In this document: piece after piece, positions 21,559-31,560 of the stretch
How positions within the stretch are numbered: position 1 is the first letter of the stretch
Layout: each line of letters begins with the position of its first letter
From: Longimicrobiales bacterium
Lineage (GTDB): Bacteria > Gemmatimonadota > Gemmatimonadetes > Longimicrobiales > Gaopeijiaceae
DNA: 64,000 nucleotides
Assembly (NCBI GenBank): GCA_965238005.1
Contig: OZ250165.1
Span: 3,744,001-3,808,000, forward strand
Direction: 5' to 3'
Notes under the pieces: generated by a model
What the model saw: only the letters and a program-made list of their open reading frames with translations
Database searches by the model: none
Told to the model about the DNA's origin: nothing
Program-made: the position numbers and the translations under genes

Positions 21559-22131
21559 ATGAGCAAGATCGCCGAGCCCGAGCTGCTGATTCGCCTGACG
21601 GAGGTGTTCCGCACGCACGGGTATGAGGGAGCCAGCCTGAGCAAGATGTCGATGGCCACCGGGTTGCAGCGCGCGAGCCTGTACCACCGCTTTCCGGGCG
21701 GCAAGGCCGAGATGGCTGAGGCCGTCCTGAACCGGGCGGGCGAGTGGCTGCAAGCGCATGCCCTGAAACCGCTTACCGAGTCGGGACCGCCGGAGCGGCG
21801 GCTGCGCCAGATGGCCCGGAAGTTGGACGAATTCTACCACGGTGGCCAACAGTCGTGTCTGCTCGACGCGCTCTCGTTCGGGGTCGAGGAGGGCGCGATT
21901 CGAGATCACCAGAGAGCTGCAATGGAGACATGGGTCGACGCCATCTCAACCATGCTGCATGAGTCGGGCCTCCCGCAGCGCACCGCGCGGGAGCGCGCCC
22001 AAGACGCGGTGATCCGCATCCAGGGCTCGCTGGTGATGGCGCGCGCAACCGGTGACCCGAGGCCGTTTCGCAGAACACTCCGGAATCTCCCGCAGGACCT
22101 CCTGCGGAAACCGGAACCAGCGGGATCCTGA
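21559..22131 (+). CDS. TetR/AcrR-family regulator
   Basis: [36 protein letters not shown]; true start is internal to the ORF-track ORF. Confidence 0.9.
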   Translation: MSKIAEPELLIRLTEVFRTHGYEGASLSKMSMATGLQRASLYHRFPGGKAEMAEAVLNRAGEWLQAHALKPLTESGPPERRLRQMARKLDEFYHGGQQSCLLDALSFGVEEGAIRDHQRAAMETWVDAISTMLHESGLPQRTARERAQDAVIRIQGSLVMARATGDPRPFRRTLRNLPQDLLRKPEPAGS

Positions 22132-22179
22132 TGGACGAGTCACGATGGGGGAGGCCGTTTTATTTTACCACTGGTATTT

Positions 22180-22193
22180 ACCGAACGTTCGGT
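22180..22193. promoter_or_regulatory. second TetR operator
   Basis: Perfect palindrome ACCGAACGTTCGGT; 13/14 match to the 21531 site, both preceded by TTT. Confidence 0.75.
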
Positions 22194-22286
22194 CCACACC
22201 CGACACATCACCCAAGGAGGTGTCCCAATGAAAGCCGCAATCATCATCCTGTCCGATCCCAAGAATCTCAACCAACGGAGATCATC

Positions 22287-23300
22287 ATGAGAACCTTCCC
22301 ACTTCTCGCCTCACTGGCCGCGACGATCCTGATCGGAGCAGCGAATGTAGAAGCACCGTCCGACGACCCGGGCACGCGTGTGAACGAGACGCACACGGCG
22401 CCCAGGCGGACATTCGCCCGTCAGGTCCACTACCGCTCGACGACGATCGACGACGTGGAAGTCTTCTACCGCGAAGCGGGCTCGCGGGAGAATCCCACAG
22501 TTCTCCTGCTCCACGGCTTCCCGACGTCGTCTCACATGTTCCGCAATCTCATTCCGGCCCTGGCCGGCGACTACCACCTCATCGCGCCGGACTACCCCGG
22601 CTTCGGGAACAGCTCGATGCCCGCCGTCGACGAGTTCGACTACACGTTCGATCGACTGGCGGAGATCATCGAGTCCCTGGTCGACCAGCTCGACCTCGAC
22701 TCATACAGCATCTACGTGATGGACTACGGCGCCCCGGTGGGATATCGCCTGGCCGCCAAGTATCCGGAGCGCGTCGAGTCGTTGATCGTCCAGAACGGCA
22801 ACGCGTACGACGAGGGGCTCCGGGAGTTCTGGGACCCTATCAAGGCGTACTGGGCGGACAAGAGCCCCGAGAACGCCGAGCCGTTGCGCGGGCTGTTCAC
22901 GATCGACGCAACCAAGTGGCAATACCTCACCGGCGTGCGTGACCCAGCCAGCATCAGCCCCGATACCTGGGGCCACGTTCAGCCGCTTCTGGATCGTGCC
23001 GGCAACGACGAGATCCAACTGGCGCTGTTCTACTCGTACGGGAGCAACCCACCCCTTTATCCGGAGTGGCAGGAGTACTTCCGCCGGCATCAGCCGCCCA
23101 TGCTCATCGTTTGGGGCCAGAACGATCCGACCTTTCCGGCCGAGGGCGCCCACCCGTACAAGCGCGATTTGAAAGACCTCGAGTTCCATCTCTTGGACAC
23201 GGGCCACTTCGCCCTCGAGGAAGACGGCCCGGTGATCGCGCAGCTCATGAAGTCCTTCCTGGATCGGAAGGTGAAGAGACCTTCCCTCCTGGGTTCATAG
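22287..23300 (+). CDS. alpha/beta hydrolase (epoxide hydrolase/dehalogenase-like) with signal peptide
   Basis: [34 protein letters not shown]. Confidence 0.9.
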   Translation: MRTFPLLASLAATILIGAANVEAPSDDPGTRVNETHTAPRRTFARQVHYRSTTIDDVEVFYREAGSRENPTVLLLHGFPTSSHMFRNLIPALAGDYHLIAPDYPGFGNSSMPAVDEFDYTFDRLAEIIESLVDQLDLDSYSIYVMDYGAPVGYRLAAKYPERVESLIVQNGNAYDEGLREFWDPIKAYWADKSPENAEPLRGLFTIDATKWQYLTGVRDPASISPDTWGHVQPLLDRAGNDEIQLALFYSYGSNPPLYPEWQEYFRRHQPPMLIVWGQNDPTFPAEGAHPYKRDLKDLEFHLLDTGHFALEEDGPVIAQLMKSFLDRKVKRPSLLGS

Positions 23301-23379
23301 AACCCGTTTAGCCAGCCGCGGGGGCGGGGCCCCAGGATCGCGCCCCCGCCGGTATGGACCACTGAAAGGAGCCTTGGCA

Positions 23380-24321
23380 ATGACTGTCGCAACCATCTAC
23401 CACGAGGGTGAACTGCTCGTCCAGCAGCGCACGGGCGAAGAGCTGCAAGCGAAGCAGAACGCAGGCGTGATCTCCGATCGCATCATACCCGGTGCCATTC
23501 CCTTCATCGCTCAGCAACCGATGGTGGTGTTGGGGAGCGTGGACACGGATCAGAACGTCTGGGCATCCGTGCTGTTCGGCCGCCCGGGATTCGTCTCGGC
23601 GGCGGACGACCGCACAATGGACTTCGATCTGTCCCGGGCCGGCTACGACGAGCACGACCCGCTCTGGGCCAACATCGCCGGCGATCCGCGCGTCGGAATG
23701 CTCGCGATCGAGCTCGCCACACGCAGGCGTCTCCGTGTCAACGGTAACCTGAGACGCGTGGATGACGAGAAGCTGCGGCTCGACGTGATCGAGGCATACC
23801 CCAACTGCCCCAAGTACATCCAGCGTCGTCACATCGTGCAGCTCTCGGGTGAGTCACGGAACGGAATCGAGCCGCTCTCGGGTGGCATCCTGAAGCCCCC
23901 ACAGCGAGCGTCCATCGGCGCAGCCGACACCTTCTTCGTCGCGAGTGCTCACCCCGAGCGGGGTGTGGATGTCTCGCACCGGGGAGGGAACCCCGGGTTC
24001 GTCGAGGTCCTGGACGAGCGGACGCTACGGGTCCCCGATTATGCCGGGAACAGCATGTTCAACACGCTTGGCAACTTCGTCGCCAACCCGCGGGCCGGTC
24101 TCCTCTTCATCGACTTCGACGCCAACCAGACCCTGCAGTTGGTCGGAACACCGGAGATCCGGTGGGAGCTCGACGAGTCGAGCGATCGCACGGGCGGAAC
24201 GCGCCGTTACTGGGATTTCACCGTCGAGCGCTGGCTCGAGAGGCCACTCCTCCACCCCGTCGAGTGGGAGCTGCTCGACTACTCGCCGTTCAACCCAAGG
24301 TGGACGGAGGGCGAGAAATGA
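23380..24321 (+). CDS. pyridoxamine 5'-phosphate oxidase-family FMN-binding protein (tandem domains)
   Basis: YHEGELLVQ, YPNCPKYIQRR, DVSHRGGNPGFV, GNSMFNTLGN. Confidence 0.88.
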   Translation: MTVATIYHEGELLVQQRTGEELQAKQNAGVISDRIIPGAIPFIAQQPMVVLGSVDTDQNVWASVLFGRPGFVSAADDRTMDFDLSRAGYDEHDPLWANIAGDPRVGMLAIELATRRRLRVNGNLRRVDDEKLRLDVIEAYPNCPKYIQRRHIVQLSGESRNGIEPLSGGILKPPQRASIGAADTFFVASAHPERGVDVSHRGGNPGFVEVLDERTLRVPDYAGNSMFNTLGNFVANPRAGLLFIDFDANQTLQLVGTPEIRWELDESSDRTGGTRRYWDFTVERWLERPLLHPVEWELLDYSPFNPRWTEGEK

Positions 24322-25265
24322 AACTCACGGTGAGTCGCATCAGAGTGGAAGCCGAGCGTGTGAGATCGTTGGAGTTACGATCAGTCGGCGGTGAGCAGCT
24401 GCCCTCGTTCACCCCTGGATCTCACCTGGCTATTCAGGTGCAGCTACAGAGCGGACAAACCGAGCAGCGCCGGTACTCCATCCTCTCCGATCGCGAGGAC
24501 CGCACACGTTACGAGATCGCGGTGCTTCGAGAGGCGAACGGGCGGGGAGGATCGCGCTTCATGCACGAGGCGGTCGGGGAAGGCGATCTCATGGAGGTGT
24601 CCGGACCCAGGAACGACTTCCCTCTGGCGTCCCACGCATCGCACTCCATTCTCATCGCCGGCGGCATCGGCATCACGCCCATCCTCGCGATGCTGAGGAA
24701 GCTCATCTCGGACGGCGCCTCATTCGAGATCCACTACGCGGCGCGCGCCAGAGAGACCATGGCGTACGGCGAGGAGGTGGAGCGTCTCGCCGGAGACCGG
24801 GCGACTCTCTATTTCGGAGGGCGCGCCGGGGACACCCCACTCGACATCCCAGTTGTGCTCTCGGCGCCGACCGATGGCGCGCATGTGTACGTCTGTGGCC
24901 CTGCCGGCCTGATCCGAGCCGTGCGAGACACCGCGCTCGAGAAGGGCTTGCGGCGGGGCCAGATCCACTTCGAGAGCTTCGGCGGGAGCGCGAAGACCGA
25001 CGACCGACCCCTCCAGGTGGAGCTCGCTCGCTCACAGATGTCGCTGGAAGTCCCCGCGTCACAGTCGATCCTCGACGCGATGCTCGAAGCCGGCGTGTGG
25101 GCAACGTACGACTGCAAACGCGGCGAATGCGGCATGTGCATGACGCCGGTCCTGCAGGGGGAGCCGGATCATCGAGACGTCTTCCTCACCGAGTCGGACC
25201 GGGAGCGCTTCATGTGTACCTGCGTCTCCCGCGCGAAGAGCGAGAGGCTCGTTCTCGATCTGTGA
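24318..25265 (+). CDS. PDR/VanB-family FMN/[2Fe-2S] reductase
   Basis: RRYSI, GGIGITP, YVCGP, CKRGECGMC...CVSRA. Confidence 0.9.
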   Translation: MKLTVSRIRVEAERVRSLELRSVGGEQLPSFTPGSHLAIQVQLQSGQTEQRRYSILSDREDRTRYEIAVLREANGRGGSRFMHEAVGEGDLMEVSGPRNDFPLASHASHSILIAGGIGITPILAMLRKLISDGASFEIHYAARARETMAYGEEVERLAGDRATLYFGGRAGDTPLDIPVVLSAPTDGAHVYVCGPAGLIRAVRDTALEKGLRRGQIHFESFGGSAKTDDRPLQVELARSQMSLEVPASQSILDAMLEAGVWATYDCKRGECGMCMTPVLQGEPDHRDVFLTESDRERFMCTCVSRAKSERLVLDL

Positions 25266-25305
25266 AACTTCGTTCACGTCGACGTCGAACGACCCGGTGG
25301 CGCCG

Positions 25306-26775
25306 TCATCGGCGGCCGAGTCCCAACTTCTTGATCCGCGACGCTAGTGTGGTGGCCTTGACCCCGAGCAACGCTGCGGCACCATCGGGTCCGTAGACCC
25401 GCCAGTTCGTGCGCTCCAGGGCGCGTAGCACGTTGTCGCGCTCCCGTCGTCGCATCTCGGCGGCGGACACCACGCCAACCTCGGCATCCACCGCACTCCC
25501 GGGCGCGGAGGGCCCACTTCCCTCCGACGAAGGAAGATCGAAGCTCAGCGGTCCGCCACGATTCGTGATCACAGCCCGCTCGATCACATTCTGTAACTCC
25601 CGCACGTTTCCGGGCCAATCGTATGACAAAAGCCTCGACGCTTCCTCGGACGCGAGCGACCTCGGTCCTCGACTGAGCTTCCGCACGGCTCGTTCGAGGT
25701 AATGAGTCGCGAGGAGCTGGGTGTCGTCGCCGCGATGACGGAGAGGCGGCACGTCGATGGGAAAGACATTGAGCCGATAGTAGAGGTCCTGGCGGAAACG
25801 GCCACCCTCGACCTCCCCTTTGAGATTTCGATTGGTGGCCGCGATGATCCGAACGTCGGCACTGCGTGTCTTGGCCTCGCCGACCCGCTCGAACTCACCT
25901 TCCTGTAGAACGCGGAGCAGCTTGCCCTGAATCTCGAGGGGGATCTCACCGATCTCGTCGAGGAACAACGTGCCCTGATCCGCGAGCTGGAACCGGCCGA
26001 CGCGATCCTTGATCGCTCCGGTGAACGCACCCTTCACATGACCGAAGAACTCACTCTCGAACAATTCGCGCGGGATAGACGCACAGTTCACCTTGATGAG
26101 CGGCTTATCACGCCGGCTGCTGAGTGCGTGGATCGCCCGAGTAACGACTTCTTTGCCAGTCCCCGTTTCCCCGCTGATCACGACATTGGCGTCCGTCGGC
26201 GCCACGGTCTCGATCGCGGCACGCACGTTCGCCATCGCAGGGGACTCGCCCACCATCTCCTCGAAATTGTACTCGGCCTGGAGCTCCTCGCGGAGATACT
26301 GATTCTCATGGTGGAGTCGGTCTCTGAGTGCCTCGACCTCGGCCAGTGCGGTCCTTAGCTCCTCCTCTGCTTTCTTGAGCTGCGTGATCTCCTGGCCGCA
26401 TCCGAGGACATGCGTGACCGTCCCGGCCTCGTCTTCGACGGGACTGAACGTGCGGACGTAGTGAAGCCGGCGACCGTCTCTGTCGGTCCAGATCTCCTCG
26501 AACGTCACCGACTCCTTCTCCTTCACGCAGTGATCGACGGCCCCCTGTCGCTTATCCGCAATCTCGATCGGATGACCCCGCTCTAGCACCCACTCGTGGT
26601 TCGTCTTGCCGAGCATCCACTCTCGCACCCCGGGGTCGCGAATTCCGGACGGCGTGTTGAAGAGGTACCGCCCTTCGGTGTCGAGAACGCCGATCTCCGC
26701 CGGGATGTTGTTCAGTATCCGCCGGTACTGCTCGAGCTCGTTGATCAGATCCGGTGTAAGACCTTCTCCGGGCAT
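25306..26775 (-). CDS. PAS-domain sigma54-dependent activator
   Basis: GETGTGKE, GAFTGA, LFLDEIGE, WPGNVREL, C-terminal HTH. Confidence 0.93.
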   Translation of the reverse strand: MPGEGLTPDLINELEQYRRILNNIPAEIGVLDTEGRYLFNTPSGIRDPGVREWMLGKTNHEWVLERGHPIEIADKRQGAVDHCVKEKESVTFEEIWTDRDGRRLHYVRTFSPVEDEAGTVTHVLGCGQEITQLKKAEEELRTALAEVEALRDRLHHENQYLREELQAEYNFEEMVGESPAMANVRAAIETVAPTDANVVISGETGTGKEVVTRAIHALSSRRDKPLIKVNCASIPRELFESEFFGHVKGAFTGAIKDRVGRFQLADQGTLFLDEIGEIPLEIQGKLLRVLQEGEFERVGEAKTRSADVRIIAATNRNLKGEVEGGRFRQDLYYRLNVFPIDVPPLRHRGDDTQLLATHYLERAVRKLSRGPRSLASEEASRLLSYDWPGNVRELQNVIERAVITNRGGPLSFDLPSSEGSGPSAPGSAVDAEVGVVSAAEMRRRERDNVLRALERTNWRVYGPDGAAALLGVKATTLASRIKKLGLGRR

Positions 26776-26838
26776 TCATCCTCCTCGGAGGCTGGGTGAC
26801 GATCGTGTCTTGGCATCCCATCGCAGTTCCGAACAAAA

Positions 26839-26894
26839 TCACGATAACTCGTGACGATATCAACGATAGTTCGTGATACCACGAACTTTCGTGA
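26839..26894. promoter_or_regulatory. three tandem palindromes, probable enhancer (UAS) of the sigma54 activator
   Basis: TCACGA-taac-TCGTGA (26839), CAACGA-tagt-TCGTGA (26861), CCACGA-actt-TCGTGA (26879). Confidence 0.7.
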
Positions 26895-26949
26895 TCAGCC
26901 TGAAATCCGCAACGTGGTTTCTGACAATGATTTACGGCGCTGCCTCGCT

Positions 26950-26965
26950 TGGCACGACCCGTGCC
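26950..26965 (+). promoter_or_regulatory. sigma54 -24/-12 promoter
   Basis: TGGCACGACCCGTGCC (GG-N10-GC), divergent from the activator. Confidence 0.7.
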
Positions 26966-27030
26966 TTCCTTTGCGATTGAGCGACGGAGAGGCACAAGGA
27001 CCTCTCGCCACACGACAAGGAGAGAGAACG

Positions 27031-28122
27031 ATGGCAACGATAACGAAGAGCGAGACGGTGCGAGGAACGGAGCAGTCCATCGCCGGAGCGATGAAGGCAG
27101 TCGTCATCCGGGGATTCGGCGGACCCGACGTGCTCGAGCCCACCGAAGTGCCGGTCGCGGAGCCGCAGCCTGGTCATCTGCTCATCAAGGTGAACGCCGC
27201 CGGCCTGAATCGGTTCGATCACTACATCCGACAGGGCGAGATCGCCCCGGAGCTTCCGTGGCCACACATCCTGGGCTCCGATGCTGCGGGTGAAGTGGCG
27301 GCTATCGGCGCCGGCGTCAGCGGTTTCGAGATCGGCGACGCGGTCATTCCGGTGCCTGGCTATCCACTCGATGAGGCCGAGTGGGGCATCCGGCCGGCCG
27401 GGACGGCCGTCAGCTTCACGGTCCCCGGGCTCGGGCGGCCGGGCACGTACGCCCAGTACGTCGAGTTTCCGGCCGAGTTTACGGTAAAGGACGAGACCGG
27501 ACTAGCGCCGGAGCTCGTGGCGACACTGCCGGTGGTCTTGGCAACCGCGGTACGCTCGGTAAAGACGGTAGGCGGCGTGAAGTCGGGCGACACTGTGCTC
27601 GTCCACGCCGGCTCGGGTGGCGCCGGGAGTATGCAGGTGCAGGTCGCCAAGGCGCTCGGCGCAAAGGTCGCGACAACGGTGCGGAGTCAGGAGGACGCGG
27701 ACTTCGTACGGTCGCTCGGTGCCGATTTCGTGATCGACACGAGCACGGATGACTTCGTAGCACGCGTCAAGGAATGGACTGATGGCCAGGGCGTCGACGT
27801 CGTGATCGACAGCCTGGGTGGCGATGTGCTGCCGAAGAGCATCGATGCGGCGCGTCCCCTCGGCACCATCGTCATCTACGGGTTCGCGGCCGGTACGGAG
27901 ACGACCTTCGACGTGAGGAGTGTGTTCTTCACGCAGAAGCGGTTGCTCGGCTCGATGGCGATGGACAAGGAAGACCTTGAGTACGGTCTCGAGTTGGTCG
28001 CCGCCGGCCACATCAGGCCGATCCTCGACCGTGCGCTTCCGTTGAGCGAGGCCGCAGAGGCACATCGGTTGATCGCTGATAACGAGATCACAGGCAGCGT
28101 GGTGCTCCTGCCCTGGGCCTAA
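27031..28122 (+). CDS. MDR-family NADPH:quinone oxidoreductase-like protein
   Basis: AAGLNRFD, LGSDAAGEV, VHAGSGGAG; AAGGAG RBS. Confidence 0.9.
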   Translation: MATITKSETVRGTEQSIAGAMKAVVIRGFGGPDVLEPTEVPVAEPQPGHLLIKVNAAGLNRFDHYIRQGEIAPELPWPHILGSDAAGEVAAIGAGVSGFEIGDAVIPVPGYPLDEAEWGIRPAGTAVSFTVPGLGRPGTYAQYVEFPAEFTVKDETGLAPELVATLPVVLATAVRSVKTVGGVKSGDTVLVHAGSGGAGSMQVQVAKALGAKVATTVRSQEDADFVRSLGADFVIDTSTDDFVARVKEWTDGQGVDVVIDSLGGDVLPKSIDAARPLGTIVIYGFAAGTETTFDVRSVFFTQKRLLGSMAMDKEDLEYGLELVAAGHIRPILDRALPLSEAAEAHRLIADNEITGSVVLLPWA

Positions 28123-28136
28123 GCATGAAGCCCAAC

Positions 28137-28165
28137 CCCGGCCCTCCAGTCGATGGAGGGCCGGG
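28137..28165 (+). terminator. GC-rich intergenic hairpin
   Basis: CCCGGCCCTCCA-gtcga-TGGAGGGCCGGG; no U-tract, so possibly a stability element. Confidence 0.4.
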
Positions 28166-28213
28166 TCTAGCCACACCCCACGAACGAACAGCCAGAAGGA
28201 GGGAGAAGCTATC

Positions 28214-29254
28214 ATGAAAACGCGAAACCTGAGATCGTCTCTGACGGTCGCCGCCACCACCGCCTCTGCCCTCGCCCTCGCGGCGTTGACCCCGACGAGC
28301 AGCCGGGCGCAAGACACCGAGCTCATCGAGCCGTCTACGACAGTGCCCATGGTCCCGGGACAGAAGCTCAAGGTGAGCGACTTCGACCGGATGATGCGGC
28401 CCCATACGATCCAGCGACTCACAGAGCGAGCATACTGGGTCGAGGTAATGGGTTATCAATCCACCGTCCTGGTCGGGGATAGAGGGGTCCTCGTAATCGA
28501 CGCCGCCAGGGACGGACGTGGGGCGGCGATCATCCAGGCGATTCGTGCAGAGCTCACGGATCTGCCGATTACCACGCTCGTGTACAGTCACTACCACTAC
28601 GATCACGTGGGAGGAGCGGGCGCCTACGTCGAGGAGGCAGAGCGCACAGGAACAGAGCTGCGCATCGTGGGAACGGAGGCGGCCCGCACACAGATCCAGC
28701 GCTACGGTGAGAGAGTCCCCCTGCCGACCGAGATCATTCCGGTCCCATGGGGTCAGTTCGAGTTCGAGGGTATGGTGATCGAAGTCGGGACGCCGGCGGC
28801 GGGTCACTCCTCGGACAACAGCTGGATTCTACTGAGGGATGAGAAGGTGCTTCACAATGTGGACCTGGTGCACCCCGGACTTCTCGAGTTCCCCGGGTTC
28901 GGGTGGGCGGAAGACCTCTTGGGGTACGAGGAGTCCGTCCGGGAGCTCCTGACCATCGACTGGGAGATCCTCGTCGCCGGCCATAACAACATAGGCTCTC
29001 GCGGGGATGTGCAGTTGGTGGCGGACTACTTCGACGATGTCCGCAGTCAGGTGATCGAGGCTATCCAGGGAACCGAGTTCGGGCCCTTCCTCGACAAGGA
29101 CAAAGTGTTCTACGCGTGGTTCATCGACTACGCGGACGCGGTCTCAACGAAAGCCGTCGAGGCTCTCCGCCCCAAGTGGGGCGAGCATGCCGGGTTCGAC
29201 ATCGTATCCAAGTCGCACTCGGAGAAGATGTTCTGGCATCTCTACATGCACTGA
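28214..29254 (+). CDS. secreted MBL-fold metallo-hydrolase
   Basis: Signal peptide; SHYHYDHVGG, GHSSD, AGH. Confidence 0.85.
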   Translation: MKTRNLRSSLTVAATTASALALAALTPTSSRAQDTELIEPSTTVPMVPGQKLKVSDFDRMMRPHTIQRLTERAYWVEVMGYQSTVLVGDRGVLVIDAARDGRGAAIIQAIRAELTDLPITTLVYSHYHYDHVGGAGAYVEEAERTGTELRIVGTEAARTQIQRYGERVPLPTEIIPVPWGQFEFEGMVIEVGTPAAGHSSDNSWILLRDEKVLHNVDLVHPGLLEFPGFGWAEDLLGYEESVRELLTIDWEILVAGHNNIGSRGDVQLVADYFDDVRSQVIEAIQGTEFGPFLDKDKVFYAWFIDYADAVSTKAVEALRPKWGEHAGFDIVSKSHSEKMFWHLYMH

Positions 29255-29261
29255 GCTTGGC

Positions 29262-29392
29262 AACAGGTGCCGGTGGCTACCTCAAGGCTTACGATGGTAG
29301 CCGAAGGTCAAGGGAAGATCGCGAGGACTGCGGTGCTTCCTTCTCACCGAGGGATGGGTCTCGGTAGACGCCTCATTCGGGAACTGGAGACC
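29262..29392 (+). pseudogene. internal fragment of a GNAT acetyltransferase
   Basis: VPVATSRLTMVAEGQGKIARTAVLPSHRGMGLGRRLIRELE (motif A); overlaps homologous fragment at 40525-40570. Confidence 0.65.
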
Positions 29393-29600
29393 AGTTGTGC
29401 TCCTTCAAGAAAAACTGGACGCCGTTAGCGCCTCTCTGGCGAAGGAGGCTCGGAGCCGACTGAGATACTGGAGTCACTTAGTGGGCTTTGAGCCTCCTGG
29501 GCCACAACGCCTGCTAGGATGGTGAAGAGGCTGTAGCGAAATTGAGTCATTCGATCGAACCCTGATGCAGCTCCACTAGACGTCGGAGCAGGAGGTAGTC

Positions 29601-30785
29601 ATGTCGTCATCCACACCGGTCGTGACAACCGAGGTGATGTTTCAGCCCGTTCAGGTTGGACGCTATGAGCTGGCCCACCGAATTGCGATGGCGCCGCTGA
29701 CCCGCTCGCGCACTCGGCAGCCGGGCAACATTCCATCCTCCCTCAACGCCTGCTATTACTCCCAACGTGCTTCCGCCGCTCTGATCATTTCCGAGGCCAC
29801 TCAGGTCTCCCAGCAGGGCCAAGGCTACGCCTGGACACCCGGTATCCACACCCCCGAGCAGGTCGCGGGATGGCGGTTGGTTACGGATGCGGTGCACAAA
29901 GCGGGCGGCCGGATCTTCATGCAGCTCTGGCACGTCGGGTGAATTTCTCACCCTTCGTTGCAGCCCGATGGCATGCCTCCGGTGGCGCCATCGCCGATCG
30001 CGCCTTCCGGGGAGGCGTTCATCGAGAACGAAGACGGCGAAGCTGCGTTCGCGCCCTTCGTGACGCCACGCGCGCTGCAGCTCGAGGAGATGCCATACGT
30101 CGTCGAGCAGTTCGTGCGCGGGGCGAAGAACGCCCTTGCCGCCGGTTTCGACGGCGTGGAAGTCCACGCGGCGAACGGGTACCTCCTCGACCAGTTCCTC
30201 CAGACAGCGACCAACCGTCGCACCGACGAATATGGAGGCTCGGTAGAGAACCGCGGAAAGATTCTGCTGCAGGTCATCGAAGCCGTGAACGAGGTCTGGG
30301 ATTCCGACCGCGTCGGCGTCCGCCTGTCACCCATCGGAGCATTCAACGACATGGCCGACGATAACTCGGAGGCCACCTTCGGCTACGTCGTCGAGAGGCT
30401 CAACGACTATGACCTCGCCTATCTCCACGTTGTAAGGCCGCGCATCCCCGAAGCTGAATTCGGATCCTGGGACGATCCTGAGGCGCAATCGATGATGCAG
30501 TTGATTCGCGACAAATACGAAGGCACGCTGATCGTAGCCGGTGGGTTCGATCGTGACGAAGCCGAGGAATGGGTACTGAGCGGCAAGGCGGATCTGATCG
30601 CGTTCGGGCGGAAATTCTTGGCGAATCCTGACCTACCACAGCGCTTCCGACTCGGTGCGGAGCTGAACGCCGACGACGCGACGTCCTACTACGGCGGCGG
30701 TGCGAAAGGCTACACTGATTACCCGTCGCTCGACCAAGAGCGCGGCGAGGTGCCAATGCCCTGCGTCGACCAACGGTGGCGGTGA
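29601..30785 (+). pseudogene. Old Yellow Enzyme/NemA-like alkene reductase with premature TGA
   Basis: MAPLTRSR...QLWHVG*ISH (TGA 29940-29942 at conserved Arg), HAANGYL, FGRKFLANPDL, GYTDYP. Confidence 0.85.
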
Positions 30786-30827
30786 CACGGCGCTTCGGAA
30801 GACTACTCGATGCGCTTTGGCACCAAT

Positions 30828-31274
30828 TCAATCGAGGGAGACACCCTCCTCGAATTCGACCGAGTCCATGATCTCCACCCCGTTCGTCAGTGTCTTGTGG
30901 ACTGGACACCGCTGCGCCACCTGCCCGAGTCGCTTCCGCTGCGCGGTGTCGAAGCGTCCGCGGATCGTCACGTTGGACTGAATGCGCTCGATCCACCCGT
31001 CCGCCCGTGCATCGCAGTCCTCGCAGTCGTCGGCGTGGACGCGGTCGAAGGCGAGGTGGACGCCGACGCCCGCCAGGGGAATGCCCTTGTGGTTCGCGTA
31101 GAGCCTGAGGGTCGTGGCGATGCACGCCGCCAGGCTCCCCAGGAGCAGTTCGTAGGGCGTGGGGCCCGTGTCGGTTCCGCTGGCCTGAGGAGGCTCATCC
31201 GCCAGCCATGAGAATTGGCGTGCCTCGATCGTCACCTTGGTACCTTCTGCCAGATTCGCCGTTACCGTGGCCAT
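30828..31274 (-). CDS. OsmC-family protein
   Basis: ADEP...GTDTGPTPYELL...ACIATT...CPVHKTL. Confidence 0.9.
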   Translation of the reverse strand: MATVTANLAEGTKVTIEARQFSWLADEPPQASGTDTGPTPYELLLGSLAACIATTLRLYANHKGIPLAGVGVHLAFDRVHADDCEDCDARADGWIERIQSNVTIRGRFDTAQRKRLGQVAQRCPVHKTLTNGVEIMDSVEFEEGVSLD

Positions 31275-31284
31275 GCGCGCCTCC

Positions 31285-31560
31285 TCAGGCTGATTCTTCA
31301 AGCTGCCTATAACGCCGCTCGGACTCCGCTATCGGAACATCGTTCGCGCTCATGTCGCGGCGGCGCATGAGACCTTCCTCGTCGAACTCCCAGTGTTCGT
31401 TGCCGTGGGTCCGGTACCACTGGTCGCTCTCGTCCCGCCACTCGTATTCGAACCGCACCGAGATGCGGTTGTCGGTATAGGCCCAGAGCTCCTTCATCAG
31501 ACGATAGTCGAGCTCGGACGCCCACTTGCGCGTGAGAAACTCCTTGATCGCCTCGCCCCG
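31285..31560 (-). pseudogene. DUF1348 (SnoaL/NTF2-like) protein lacking its N-terminus
   Basis: [26 protein letters not shown]...[19 protein letters not shown]. Confidence 0.75.

Noticed and set aside
20836..22131. 431-aa HipA-TetR fusion in the ORF track
   Set aside because: It arises from a frameshift in the hipA remnant; tetR has its own promoter and ATG at 21559
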